A model generated the notes under the pieces. That model was not told where the DNA came from and searched no databases. It saw only the letters and a program-made list of their open reading frames with translations. From positions 691 through 64,690 of the forward strand of contig JAZUGW010000166.1 in the NCBI GenBank assembly GCA_045641465.1: a stretch of DNA of 64,000 nucleotides, in the 5' to 3' direction. A program made the position numbers and the translations under genes. Origin of the DNA: Kiritimatiellia bacterium (lineage in GTDB: Bacteria; Verrucomicrobiota; Kiritimatiellia; RFP12; UBA1067). Shown one piece after another: positions 49,417-59,900 of this stretch. The stretch's first letter is position 1; every line of letters begins with the position of its first letter.

Positions 49417-50544
49417 ATGAGCTTCGGTCAAACGTTTCGTACCGCCCGTGAGGCCAAAGGTCTCACACTCGCCCAGGTTGCCGCGAAAACGCGCATCCTC
49501 GTACAGATCATCACCGACATGGAGAACGAAGACTTCCACCGGATCCCCGCACCGATCTACGGCCGCGGGTTTGTGCGGCTCTATGCCGAATGCGTCGACC
49601 TCGATCCGACGCCGTTGATTCATGAATTCATGGAAATTTTCGAGGGCCGCCGTCCACCGGCTTCGGCGCGGCCGATACCGATCGAACCGCAGGACGAAGA
49701 ACCGATTTCGGCGCCCCAGCCGATGTCGATGCCCGAGCCGCTGTCGGTCCCCCAGCCGATGTCGATTCCCGAACCGATTTCGACGCCGGCGTTCGAGCCG
49801 ACTCCCGCGCCCGAGCCGACCCCGATTCCCGCCACGCCGTATGCGCCACCGACCCAGCCGGTGGAAGTGCCGGAAACGATCACCCCCTTCGCGCCACCGC
49901 CTGTGACACCGCAGCCGATTCCCCAACCGGAACCCGAGCCGATGTCGCGTCCCGAGCCCGAACACCTCTGGGATCCACCGGCACAGCCGCAGCCCGCGCC
50001 CCGGCCGGAACCTCAGCCGCAGCCTTCGGTTGTCAAGGGCCTTGACCTCTTTGAACAGGCCACCGCACCTCAACCGCCGCCGGTTCGACCGGCCGCGCCG
50101 ACGGCATTGCCGCCGCAGATCGACGCGTCGTCGCCGTTCCTGGCCGGTTCCTCCTACGAGGACAACGGACCGTCAACGACTCAGCGTCTGCGCGATGGTT
50201 TTATGGACATTTCGTCCAGCCTCATCCACCGCGTCCACAAGATTCCGCGTAGCGCCTGGCGAATCAGCCTGCTCGTGCTGGCCTCGCTGCTCGTGCTCGC
50301 GCTCATCGTCTTCGGGTGCGTCAAGCTCTATCAGGCCACTTCGCATCTGCCGACAACGCCCGGCACCAAAGAGACGAAGCCGAAACAGACGCCTCCCGCG
50401 AAACCTGCGGTCACCCCGGCGAAGCCCGCGCCTGCGACTACGCGTACGACGAAACCGGCCGCAGCACAGCAGACACAGAAGCCGAAGGCACCCGGCAAAC
50501 TCCGGACGACCGGTCAGAAGGTCCCGTCGCTCTACATGGACTGA
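49417..50544 (+). CDS. RodZ-like cytoskeleton-associated protein (XRE-type HTH, TM, Pro-rich periplasmic region)
   Basis: 375 aa. N-terminal HTH FRTAREAKGLTLAQVAAKTRIL. PxPxP repeats (PQPMSMPEPLSVPQPMSIPEPISTP). TM ISLLVLASLLVLALIVFGCV. Lys/Thr/Pro-rich tail. Confidence 0.7.
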   Translation: MSFGQTFRTAREAKGLTLAQVAAKTRILVQIITDMENEDFHRIPAPIYGRGFVRLYAECVDLDPTPLIHEFMEIFEGRRPPASARPIPIEPQDEEPISAPQPMSMPEPLSVPQPMSIPEPISTPAFEPTPAPEPTPIPATPYAPPTQPVEVPETITPFAPPPVTPQPIPQPEPEPMSRPEPEHLWDPPAQPQPAPRPEPQPQPSVVKGLDLFEQATAPQPPPVRPAAPTALPPQIDASSPFLAGSSYEDNGPSTTQRLRDGFMDISSSLIHRVHKIPRSAWRISLLVLASLLVLALIVFGCVKLYQATSHLPTTPGTKETKPKQTPPAKPAVTPAKPAPATTRTTKPAAAQQTQKPKAPGKLRTTGQKVPSLYMD

Positions 50545-50551
50545 TCTCTCG

Positions 50552-51133
50552 ATGAAATGCGAACTCTGCCATAAGGGTGATGCGCAAGTTGCCATCACCC
50601 TCACCGTCAACGGGAAATCCAAGGAACTTTACGTCTGCAAGGCCTGCGCTGAAAAGAACAAAACCCAGGTACAGGTACCCGGCAAAAAGAAACCCAGCGC
50701 GCATCCGGGGCATCCTCAGCTGTCCGTGATGGGCAAGTCGGCCGACGATCTGCCGCAGCCGCTCGTCGACGGCTTGGTCAAGGCCACGATCGACTTCATG
50801 AAAGGCGTTGCCGAAGTCGAAGAAAACGAACACCGTGTCTGTCCGGTCTGCAAATCGAATTGGGAGAAGATCAAGAACTCGGGTCGTATTCCCTGTCCCA
50901 GCTGCTGGAAAACATTCGCCAAGCAAATTCGCAACGAATTCCTCACAGGCGAATATGCGCTCAACCATGTCGGGTCCGCTCCCGCCGTTTCCAAGCTGTC
51001 GAATGTCGAATCGGTCCGCGCCGTACTTGAACGCGAACTCAAAGACGCCATCGCGCGGGAAGACTACCATGCCGCCGCGAACCTTAAAAAGAAACTTGAC
51101 GCTCTCGACGCCGAAAAGGAGAACCCCGCATGA
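50552..51133 (+). CDS. mcsA: McsA-like ClpC/McsB activator (zinc fingers plus UVR motif)
   Basis: The ATG at 50552 (MKCELCHKGD...) is used; the track ORF is over-extended through the preceding rodZ-like gene. CxxC...CxxC twice (CELC..CKAC; CPVC..CPSC). UVR-like C-terminus YHAAANLKKKLDAL. Confidence 0.7.
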   Translation: MKCELCHKGDAQVAITLTVNGKSKELYVCKACAEKNKTQVQVPGKKKPSAHPGHPQLSVMGKSADDLPQPLVDGLVKATIDFMKGVAEVEENEHRVCPVCKSNWEKIKNSGRIPCPSCWKTFAKQIRNEFLTGEYALNHVGSAPAVSKLSNVESVRAVLERELKDAIAREDYHAAANLKKKLDALDAEKENPA

Positions 51134-51981
51134 GATTTCGTCATAAAGCCGGGGAATATCCCAATCTGCTCGCGCGCGACGTCCTTTCAGGCGGCACCCT
51201 GACGTTGTGGCGGAATCCAGCGGACCAACCATTTGGCGAAAACGACAAATGGGCCTTGACCGCCGGATGGAATTCCACCCAGGACTTCGCCGATGCCTAT
51301 GCGCAACTCGAAGCGGACGAGAAGAAACTCGCCGAGACTCAGACATTTGCCTGGGATACCGACTTCGGGTATCTTTCGCCGGATCCGCTTCACTGCGGAA
51401 CGGGTCTTGGCATCGAGGGCGAGTTCCATCTCGAAGCCCTGCATCTCATCGGCGATCTGCCCCCCGTGCTGAATGCCTTTGAGGCCATGCGCTTCATGAG
51501 TTCAAGCATCGTCGAAGACGGCATCCGCCAGGCGGCCCACATCTTCCGTGTACGGAATCTTGCGACGCTGGGTCTCCCCGAGCGAGAACTGCTCAAGCGG
51601 GCGCATCGTCTCTTCGACGATCTCACCACGCAGGAGCTCAACGCCCGTCGCGCGCTGGTCGAAGATTCGCCGCGCATCATCGAGGATTCGATGTCGCGTG
51701 CGCTTGCCATCCTCCGTTCCGCCCGTCTCCTCGCCCCCGGGGAACTGCTCGACCTGCTTTCGCCGATTCTTCTCGGCACCACGATGGGGTTCATCGACGG
51801 TATCACGCGGTCGGAAACGATCAAGTTGATGCGAACCCAGCTGAATGCGCCGGAAATGCCGTCCAACTCGGCAGAGGACGATCGCAAGCGCGATGCCCGC
51901 GATGCCGCTTTGGCCGATCGGATCAACAAGCGATTTGCCTCCGTGGATTTAAATTCATACGCAGAATCCTGTCTCAACTAA
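51130..51981 (+). CDS. McsB-like protein (ATP:guanido phosphotransferase fold) with degenerate active site
   Basis: 283 aa; the ATG overlaps the mcsA stop. Homologous core FGYLSPDPLHCGTGLGIEGEFHLEAL aligns with McsB [26 protein letters not shown]. The catalytic Cys-Pro-x-Asn signature is replaced by Asp-Pro-Leu-His, and the protein is shorter than canonical ~360-aa McsB. Confidence 0.6.
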   Translation: MRFRHKAGEYPNLLARDVLSGGTLTLWRNPADQPFGENDKWALTAGWNSTQDFADAYAQLEADEKKLAETQTFAWDTDFGYLSPDPLHCGTGLGIEGEFHLEALHLIGDLPPVLNAFEAMRFMSSSIVEDGIRQAAHIFRVRNLATLGLPERELLKRAHRLFDDLTTQELNARRALVEDSPRIIEDSMSRALAILRSARLLAPGELLDLLSPILLGTTMGFIDGITRSETIKLMRTQLNAPEMPSNSAEDDRKRDARDAALADRINKRFASVDLNSYAESCLN

Positions 51982-51993
51982 ATATTCGAAGAA

Positions 51994-54510
51994 ATGAACA
52001 TCGACTACACACCAAATGCAGAACGCGCCCTGGACGGAGCCACTGCCGCCGCGCGCCGTTTCAACCATACCTACATCGGCACAGAACACATTCTCTGCGC
52101 CATCCTTGCAATTCCCAATTGTGAAGCCTGCCGGCGTTTTGTCCGACTTGGCATCGATCCGGAAGAACTCCGTCTTCAGCTCGAGCAGCTGATCGGCCGG
52201 GGAGGAGACGCCCGCGTTCTCGGGGACATCCCCTTCACGCAGCGGACCAAGAAGATCCTCGAACTCGCCAAGATCGAAGCCCAGCACCAGCAGGCCAATC
52301 TGGTCGGCACCGAACACCTCGTTCTCGCCATGCTGCGCGAAGGCGATTCCGCAGGTGCCCAGATTCTTTTCAACCACGACCTGGATGCCGAGAAATATCT
52401 TGCTGCCGGCAAGCCCGTTGAATCTCCAACGCGAGCCAGCGCATCCGACTCGCAGGAGAATCCCGAAGAAGAAGGTACCTCGGAGGATGAGGACAACGGT
52501 CCTGACGGCGGACCTGGCGAGGGCCCGATGCCGCGCAAGAACGGCAAGAGCAAAACGCCGGCGCTGAATGCGTTTGGACGCGACCTCACGGCGCTTGCAC
52601 GCAAAGGCGAGCTTGATCCGGTCATCGGACGCAAAAGCGAACTTCAGCGCATTGTGCAGGTGCTTTCCCGCCGCACGAAAAACAACGCCGTTCTCATCGG
52701 CGAAGCCGGCGTGGGAAAAACCGCCGTCGTCGAAGGTCTTGCACAGGCCATCGTGCTCGGCGATGTGCCGGAGCGGATGCGAGACCGCCGCGTCATCTCG
52801 CTCGACATGGCGCGCGTGGTGGCCGGAACGCAGTACCGCGGACAATTCGAAGAGCGCCTGAAACAGCTGATCGAAGAAACGAAGCGCGTCAAGAACGTCA
52901 TTCTGTTCCTTGACGAAATCCACACGCTCGTCGGCGCCGGGGGATCGGAAGGCGCAATGGATGCCGCCAACATCCTCAAGCCCGCGCTCGCGCGTGGCGA
53001 ACTGCAGGTGGTCGGTGCGACCACGCTCAAGGAATACCACAAGTCGATTGAAAAGGATGCCGCGCTCGAGCGCCGCTTCCAGTCCATCCTCGTCAACGAG
53101 CCTTCGATCGACGACACGGTGGCGATTCTGACCGGCATTGCCTCGCGCTACGAAGAACATCACAATGTGAAGTTCTCGCCCGCCGCCCTTCGTGCGGCCG
53201 TCACACTGACGGCGCGTTATCTGCCTGCGCGGCTTCTGCCGGACAAGGCAATCGACGCCCTCGACGAGACTGGTGCGCGCGTGCGAATGAAGACCGCCGT
53301 GCGTCCGCCGGACTTCAAGGCCGACCAAGACGCCATCGAGGCACTGCATGCCCAGAAGGATGCGGCCGTCAAAGTCAGCAATTTCGAGGAAGCCGCCAGA
53401 CTGCGCGACGCCGAACTCGCCGCACGCCAAGCTCTTGAGGAAAAACTCAAAACCTGGCGGAACGAACATCTGGAAAAGACCATCGACATCACCGAGGACG
53501 ATATCGCCGCGACGGTGGCTTCGATTTCAGGCGTTCCCGTCGAACGCATGACGGAATCGACCGCCGGCAAGCTGCTGACCATCGAGCGCGAACTGAATGC
53601 GTCCGTCATCGGCCAGAACGAGGCCATCGAATCCATCGCCCGCGCGCTTCGCCGTTCGCGTGCAAATCTCGGCGATCCGAAACGTCCGATCGGCTCGTTC
53701 CTGTTCCTCGGTCCCACCGGCGTAGGTAAAACCCTGCTCGCGAAAATGCTGGCCGAGAAGATCTACGGTGATCCGAAGGCCCTGATTCCGCTCGACATGA
53801 CGGAATTCTCGTCAGGTTTCACCAGTTCTCGCCTCGTGGGCGCGCCGCCTGGATATGTGGGCTATGATGAGGGCGGACAGCTCACCGAACGCGTGAGACG
53901 GCGGCCCTATTCCGTCGTTCTCTTCGACGAATTCGAAAAGGCTTCACCCGAAGTGATGAACATGATGCTGCAGTTGCTGGACGACGGCCGTCTGACCGAT
54001 GGCCAGGGACGCCAAGTCGACTTCCGCAACACGATCGTGATCGCCACGGCAAACCTCGGATTCGACTTTGCCCGCGAAGGCAAGTCTTTCGGCTTTTCTC
54101 AGGAAACCGCCCAGACCTCGTACGAGGCGCTCCGTGACAAACTGATGGACGAGGCCAAGCGCACCTTCCGTCCCGAACTGCTCAACCGCTTCGACGAAAC
54201 CGTCGTGTTCAAGAAACTCGGCAAGGACGAAGTCGCGTGCATTCTCGACCTCGAACTCGCCAAATTGCGTGCACGTCTCTCCGAGAAGGATATGACGCTG
54301 GAGCTCGACAAGAAGGCAACCGAATTCCTCTGCGAAAAAGGTTCCGACGATGCAATGGGTGCGCGTCCGCTTCGTCGTGCCGTTCAGCACTGGGTCGAAG
54401 ATCCGCTGGCCGACCTTCTGCTGCGCGACACGCTGGTGCCGGGCCGGATCAAGGTCTCGCTGGACAAGGAAGGAAAGAATCTGACATTCAAGCAATCGAA
54501 GAAAGACTGA
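51994..54510 (+). CDS. clpC: ATP-dependent Clp protease ATP-binding subunit ClpC (class III Hsp100)
   Basis: 838 aa. Two Clp_N repeats, two AAA+ modules (GEAGVGKTA; GPTGVGKT), UVR motif, C-terminal ClpB_D2-small domain. Unusual acidic insertion [23 protein letters not shown] after the N-domain. Confidence 0.95.
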   Translation: MNIDYTPNAERALDGATAAARRFNHTYIGTEHILCAILAIPNCEACRRFVRLGIDPEELRLQLEQLIGRGGDARVLGDIPFTQRTKKILELAKIEAQHQQANLVGTEHLVLAMLREGDSAGAQILFNHDLDAEKYLAAGKPVESPTRASASDSQENPEEEGTSEDEDNGPDGGPGEGPMPRKNGKSKTPALNAFGRDLTALARKGELDPVIGRKSELQRIVQVLSRRTKNNAVLIGEAGVGKTAVVEGLAQAIVLGDVPERMRDRRVISLDMARVVAGTQYRGQFEERLKQLIEETKRVKNVILFLDEIHTLVGAGGSEGAMDAANILKPALARGELQVVGATTLKEYHKSIEKDAALERRFQSILVNEPSIDDTVAILTGIASRYEEHHNVKFSPAALRAAVTLTARYLPARLLPDKAIDALDETGARVRMKTAVRPPDFKADQDAIEALHAQKDAAVKVSNFEEAARLRDAELAARQALEEKLKTWRNEHLEKTIDITEDDIAATVASISGVPVERMTESTAGKLLTIERELNASVIGQNEAIESIARALRRSRANLGDPKRPIGSFLFLGPTGVGKTLLAKMLAEKIYGDPKALIPLDMTEFSSGFTSSRLVGAPPGYVGYDEGGQLTERVRRRPYSVVLFDEFEKASPEVMNMMLQLLDDGRLTDGQGRQVDFRNTIVIATANLGFDFAREGKSFGFSQETAQTSYEALRDKLMDEAKRTFRPELLNRFDETVVFKKLGKDEVACILDLELAKLRARLSEKDMTLELDKKATEFLCEKGSDDAMGARPLRRAVQHWVEDPLADLLLRDTLVPGRIKVSLDKEGKNLTFKQSKKD

Positions 54511-54517
54511 CCGCGGC

Positions 54518-54538
54518 GGCGCGCTCGGGGAGCGCGCC
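54518..54538 (+). terminator. GC-rich hairpin (8-bp perfect stem GGCGCGCT/AGCGCGCC, 5-nt loop) immediately after clpC
   Basis: The sequence ggcgcgctCGGGGagcgcgcc lies 8 nt after the clpC stop. It has no U-tract, so it is either a factor-dependent or GC-type intrinsic terminator, or an mRNA-stabilising stem. Confidence 0.45.
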
Positions 54539-54580
54539 CTACCGAATTTAGCCATACCGTCACCTGGAGGATAATGAAAA

Positions 54581-55522
54581 ATGAAAAAGTTGATGACAGC
54601 ACTTGTCCTATTCGGACTTTCTGTTTCGGTCTATGCGGGAGCACGTGAAGATGGTCTTTTCATCTCCCATGTCCATCGGGGTGGCGGGAAGTTCGAACGT
54701 CCCGACAACACATTGGAAACGTTCCTCTGGTGCTGGGGGAACGGTTCCGCGCTCGAATGCGATTGCCGCTGCACGAAAGACGGTGTCGGTATCATGTTCC
54801 ACGACAACGACTTGCGTCGAACGCCGCGCGGCATTCCCGAGACGTGGAAGACACGCAAGATCAGCGAAATGAACTGGGCCGACATCCGCGATATCGACGT
54901 CGGATCCTATCTCGACGCACAGTATGCCTCCCAGCGCATTCCCACGATCCAAGCGGTGATGGCGGCGATGGCGGGACATCCCTCCTATCTTCTCTTTGTG
55001 GACGAAAAAGGCGCGGGGCCTGCGCGCATTGCCGCTGAAGCACGCAAGGCCGGCGTACTGGACCAAGTCTACTACACAGGCTGCAGCTATCCCAATATCG
55101 TCAAATGGAACGAAGTCGTGCCGGGCGGCAAGTCCTTGCTGTGGATCGGACGGTTTCCGAAATTCAAAGACCGTTTCGACCCGGTCAAACGGGCCAAGAT
55201 GGCGAAAGAGGTCCAGGCGCATTTCGAAAAATACATGGTGGAACTGCGCCAGGCGAACTTCAAGTACGTGAATGCGGTTTCACTGCATACCTACTGGAAT
55301 CCGAAGGACCCTGTCGATCCGTTCATCCTTGGCACGGACTACTTGAAAAAGCTCATCGACGAGTTCCACGCCCATGGCGTCAAGGTCTGCTCGATCCCGT
55401 TTGAAGGCGGCGAAAATGAGGCCTGCTATTATCGCCTTTGGGAACTCGGGTGCGACGGATTCTCAACCGACTATCCTTCCGTGATGTTCAAAGTCATCAA
55501 AAAATTAAAGGTTAAAGATTAA
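54581..55522 (+). CDS. secreted glycerophosphodiester phosphodiesterase (GDPD family)
   Basis: 313 aa. Signal peptide MKKLMTALVLFGLSVSVYAGA. GGAGG Shine-Dalgarno. Catalytic motifs HRGGG...PDNTLETF and LECDCRCTKDGVGIMFHD. Confidence 0.85.
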   Translation: MKKLMTALVLFGLSVSVYAGAREDGLFISHVHRGGGKFERPDNTLETFLWCWGNGSALECDCRCTKDGVGIMFHDNDLRRTPRGIPETWKTRKISEMNWADIRDIDVGSYLDAQYASQRIPTIQAVMAAMAGHPSYLLFVDEKGAGPARIAAEARKAGVLDQVYYTGCSYPNIVKWNEVVPGGKSLLWIGRFPKFKDRFDPVKRAKMAKEVQAHFEKYMVELRQANFKYVNAVSLHTYWNPKDPVDPFILGTDYLKKLIDEFHAHGVKVCSIPFEGGENEACYYRLWELGCDGFSTDYPSVMFKVIKKLKVKD

Positions 55523-56631
55523 AAAGGCCAGAGCCAAAAGGCCGGGTTCTTTTCGAGCCATTCACCCATCGATTGGAGGCGCGAGGGTGGCGTCGTCGAT
55601 TTCTTCTTGGCAGCGGCCAAGCGGATTTCGATCGGTTCAAAACGAGTCGGATACTCGGCCCGCCGTCGAATCTTCTCCGCATAGGCCTCGCTGTAGAAAC
55701 GGCCATCTGCCGTTCGGTCACGACGGGCATTGTAACGCCGCAAGGCTTCCGGCCAACCGTCGAAGAAGCCTTTCGGACGTCGCCAGGCGGCTTGTCCTGA
55801 AGTTCCGAACCCCTTCCGTACAAGAAACATAATCGCCGCACGGACATTGGTCTCAAGTTCCCCTTCATTACGCTTTTCGGGTTTCTTGAGTCCCACATCG
55901 AGTTTGGCCGCGTCCCAGTCCCCCGGCACATTCACCTGGAGCGGATCGCACCACCAAGCCGCCCGCGCCACGGGACCGTTCCCACCGGACTCTTCGATCA
56001 TCATGGATTTGACCAGAGCCGGCGTCAGGTCTGAAATCTTCGCCGTCTGTACGGCGCTACCGCCACACCAAATCTGCTTGTTGGCATTGAAAGCAACAAC
56101 CATCTGAACGATCAGATCGTCGTGCGCCTGATAGCGTGCGTCTTCAAACCCGGCGAACACGGGGATCTCAAGCGGATTGCGAACCTCGGGACGCAAGGCC
56201 AAATCAACGACCTTCTTCTTATTCTTCTTCGGACGCACCCTGAAAATCCGGCGATAATAACGCTCAAGTCTATGAACGACTTTCATCTCGTCGTCCGTGA
56301 CGAAACGACGATCGATCCAGAAGTGTCCCCAGATATCGAAGATGAACGAGTTGCCGCCCGTGTTGATGCGATAGAAATGATTCGCCGCCGAAGGTGGAAC
56401 TTCTGCGATCCCCTTCGCCGCAAGTTTTCTCTTGTGTTCGGCTTCGCGTTTCTGCGCGCGGGCATTGATGTTGATCGCTTCCGAAACGAGCTGCGTGACT
56501 TCAATGATTTCACGCGGCGAAAGTGTCGTCATCTGCGCGGACGAAGACAAGCTCGCGCCACCCAATGCCAGAATGCAGACAAGGGATCGGAAGAAAACTG
56601 ACAGACGTGTACGCACCTTAAACGACGACAT
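55519..56631 (-). CDS. secreted hypothetical protein, possibly lytic-transglycosylase-like (weak SLT-type ES motif)
   Basis: The start was taken at the ATG at 56631 (MSSFKVRTRLSVFFRSLVCILALGGASLSSSAQ signal peptide) rather than the track's 56766, which would overlap the TSCPD gene by ~150 nt. Contains MMIEESGGNGPVARAAWWCDPLQVNV. Domain assignment is weak. Confidence 0.4.
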   Translation of the reverse strand: MSSFKVRTRLSVFFRSLVCILALGGASLSSSAQMTTLSPREIIEVTQLVSEAININARAQKREAEHKRKLAAKGIAEVPPSAANHFYRINTGGNSFIFDIWGHFWIDRRFVTDDEMKVVHRLERYYRRIFRVRPKKNKKKVVDLALRPEVRNPLEIPVFAGFEDARYQAHDDLIVQMVVAFNANKQIWCGGSAVQTAKISDLTPALVKSMMIEESGGNGPVARAAWWCDPLQVNVPGDWDAAKLDVGLKKPEKRNEGELETNVRAAIMFLVRKGFGTSGQAAWRRPKGFFDGWPEALRRYNARRDRTADGRFYSEAYAEKIRRRAEYPTRFEPIEIRLAAAKKKSTTPPSRLQSMGEWLEKNPAFWLWPF

Positions 56632-56878
56632 CCGGCTTGACCGCAATTTCGGCTTCAAGCGCCCGCGCCAGCTGGTCCGGACACGATGTTCCGCCACGGC
56701 AGTTGATGCCCTTGCACAAGGCGATGACATCCTCGACCTTGCGTCCGACCGCCAGACGGGCCACACCTTGCGTATTGCCCGGGCATCCGCCGATAATCTG
56801 ACACGCCGTCAGAATGCCGTCTTTCACTTCATACTGAATTGCCTGTGAACACGTACCACTCGTTCGATAAAGCTTCAT
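56618..56878 (-). CDS. TSCPD-domain small Cys-rich protein
   Basis: 86 aa, MKLYRTSGTCSQAIQYEVKDGILTACQIIGGCPGNTQGVARL...GGTSCPDQLARALEA. It has the eponymous T-S-C-P-D motif and conserved Cys pattern of the TIGR03905-like family. Confidence 0.7.
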   Translation of the reverse strand: MKLYRTSGTCSQAIQYEVKDGILTACQIIGGCPGNTQGVARLAVGRKVEDVIALCKGINCRGGTSCPDQLARALEAEIAVKPDVVV

Positions 56879-56936
56879 TTCCTTCTCCTTCTTCCATTCT
56901 CAGAATTCAAACCCTCAACCGCTTCACCTCGAACCA

Positions 56937-59900
56937 TTAGGGGTTCTTCTTCGGCGGCTTCGGCGGCAAGGGCGGCAAAAGACGATAGACGAACCCGCGT
57001 GCCAACACGAGATGATCCCACGCGAAGGCCTGATTGTATTCGTTCGCCGGGGTGATCGGCACACGCCATTTCTGCTTCTCGTCTTTCGCAACCGTCCAGA
57101 TTTTCATCTGCGGCTGAATCGTCGGCGGCATCTTCTTGGCAGTCGCCACGACCGTGAAGTTGTTGGACGAAGCCGGAATGACTTTCGGCTTGAACGTAAG
57201 GTAGGCATTATCCTCCAGCGTAATCGGCGCGTTGAATCCATCATGGCGAATGATTTCAAGCGGAATCGGCTGACGCCACCACGGGCGCATCAGAAGACCG
57301 CTCCGCTTGGCATAGATCTCGTAGCGCGGGACAGGCCGGTGGATGCGGAGCGTGTAGAAATAAGTCCCTCCACCCTTCCTCGCTTCGTCCGTCACGCGTG
57401 CGGTATACTTGCCGGGCGCGAGGCGGACTCGTCCAATTGGATCGCACTCCGCCTGAATGACGCTTCCGACATGAACGGTATTCGTCACATCGTCGAAGCG
57501 TGCAATCATCTTGCCGGCCTCATTGAAAACGGTGACGCGTGCATCCAGCGGCAAACCGAGTCGACGCGACAGGAGGTCGAACACATAGACGCCCTCCTTT
57601 TTGATTTCAAACGCATTCGTTACAACGGCGCCGGGTTTCGCCACGCAACCAGAGAACTGCGCCACCACGGCATTCGTCGGTAAGGCATAGTTCGGCAACG
57701 GAGAGAGCGAAAGATAACGCAACTGGGGACGTGCCTTCGCACCTTCTGACACGCGGATCGCATAGACGAAGTCCGCACGTCCCCGATAGAGATTGTCATG
57801 GATCTTCAGCGCATAGTCGCCATCCTTGGGCACGGTAAACGTAAGGACGGAATCGGGATGGAAGAAATAGTCGTCATTAAAAGCGACTTCATGATTGTTG
57901 GTATCGACAATGCTCAACACGGGATTGAAAAAGCCAGGCACCGCATCGCCGATGTAGGGCTGAAACTCGCGGGCGATGGTCTGAAACGTCAGTACACGCC
58001 CCTTCTTCATGTTGGGCAGACGCCATGTATCGGTCGTGCCCGGATAAATCTGGCCGTTCAAAATGCACGGCACATTTTCAACGGCCGGCGGTTCAGGCTG
58101 CTTGCGATGGGGCGGAACGTAGAGCGGCTCTTCAACGACGGGAAGCTTGGTCACGATGATCGGACGCGGCGGAGAAAATCCCGATCCGGCGCCAAGGCGG
58201 AAATCACGTGCACCGAGGGGAGCATTGGTCTCGACCGACAGCGTCACGAGCGCCGCCTGATTGAGCGAGGGCGTCATCTGCAGGGGATTACGCGGCATAA
58301 ACAGCCAGCGTTCCACCTGCTGGATCTGCCGCGCATCGAGTTGTCCCAGCACATTCCACCAGCGGTTGCTGCGCCATTCGTTGTAGTGCTCGTTTTCAAC
58401 CGGCAAGGGAGGTTGGGTGCGATCACCCTGCGCAATCTGGTCGAGCCATTTCACCAAGTACTTGCGCTGATCCCCTGTCGGCACCGGAAAACCCGGCACG
58501 AGCTCGACGTTCAGGACGCGAACGCCCGATCCGCTCACGACGGCCCCCTGGGCACCCCAAAAATACTGTCCGCCGACAAGGACGCGATTCGTCGTACCGG
58601 CCTGTATCGTTGCCGGATAGATGAAACCGACATACGGATCCGCCGCCGAAGCGGAAAGCGCCGTCAGCATCCCAAGACAGACAAGCAGCACGCCCAAAGC
58701 ACGACGGGCCGCATCAAGAGCCACGCGGGCTTTCGCATTCAACACGGTCAGACCGAACCGCTTGAGCGTCTCGTGATAGAGCGCTTCACCCTCGCAGTTG
58801 CCGAAGTCCTTCTTGACCTCCTTCATCGCCGCGACAAGTTCTTCCGTCGGAATCTGATCAATGGACCGCGTCTTCTTCACTTCGCGTACCGGCTTGGCCT
58901 TCAGGGCGGTCACACCAGGCGGCAAGGACGAAGCCGCCGGCTTCGCAGCCGGCGAAGGCTGTTTCGCCGAAGCTTCCTGCGCGATCTGTTCATCACGCGT
59001 TTCCAATGCTTCCAAAAGCGAAAGCAAGGCCCCTTCGGCGCGTTTGCGATCATAAGCCCAGTCCACACTCCACAGACGCGTCACATGCCAGCCGAGCCCC
59101 TTCAGCACCGAGGCGCGCAGCACATCACGATCACGGGTGGTCCGCTGGCTCGCGTAACACGGACCATCGCATTCGATCGCGCACAGATAGCCTTCGCCTT
59201 GACGGCGACGAACGGCCAGATCGATGCGGAAGCTCCCGCAGCCGGCATTTTCGTCCACGGTCCAGCCATGGTTGCGCAACATCGTCGCCACGGCCTGGGG
59301 AAATTCGACGGCAAACGGATCCGTGTTGGCGAGATCGGCTTCAACCGACGACGCGACACCGCCCTTTTCCGCGAATTCAAGGAAACTCTTCAGATGTGCC
59401 GCACCGGTCGCCGACGTGCGGTTGAGGTCGATCTGCGAACCGTGAATGCTTGAGAACACAACGACCTGCTCTTTCGCACGCGTCACGGCGACATTCAACC
59501 GGCGTTCACCGCCATCCCGATTCAACGGACCGAAATTCATCGCGAGTTTGCCGTCCGCATCCGGCGCATAGCCGACGCTGAAGAGGATCACATCGCGTTC
59601 GTCGCCCTGGACGTTTTCGAGATTCTTCACGAAGAACGGTTCGTCCGTATCGTCGCCGAAGAACTTCTCCAACGACGACTCCTTTTCACGCCGTTCTTCG
59701 ATGAGGTCTTCGATCAGCGTCTGCTGCGCCTGGCTGAACGTCACCACGCCCACCGAACGGCGACGATAGCCGGGGGCCGCGAAGTGCGTAAACACGTAGT
59801 CGACGAGCGCTTCCGCCTCCTTGCGGTTCGTCCGCGACGCACGACGTTCGAAGGTACCACCTTCCACGAATTCGAACCGTACGCCGAGACGCGGCGAATC

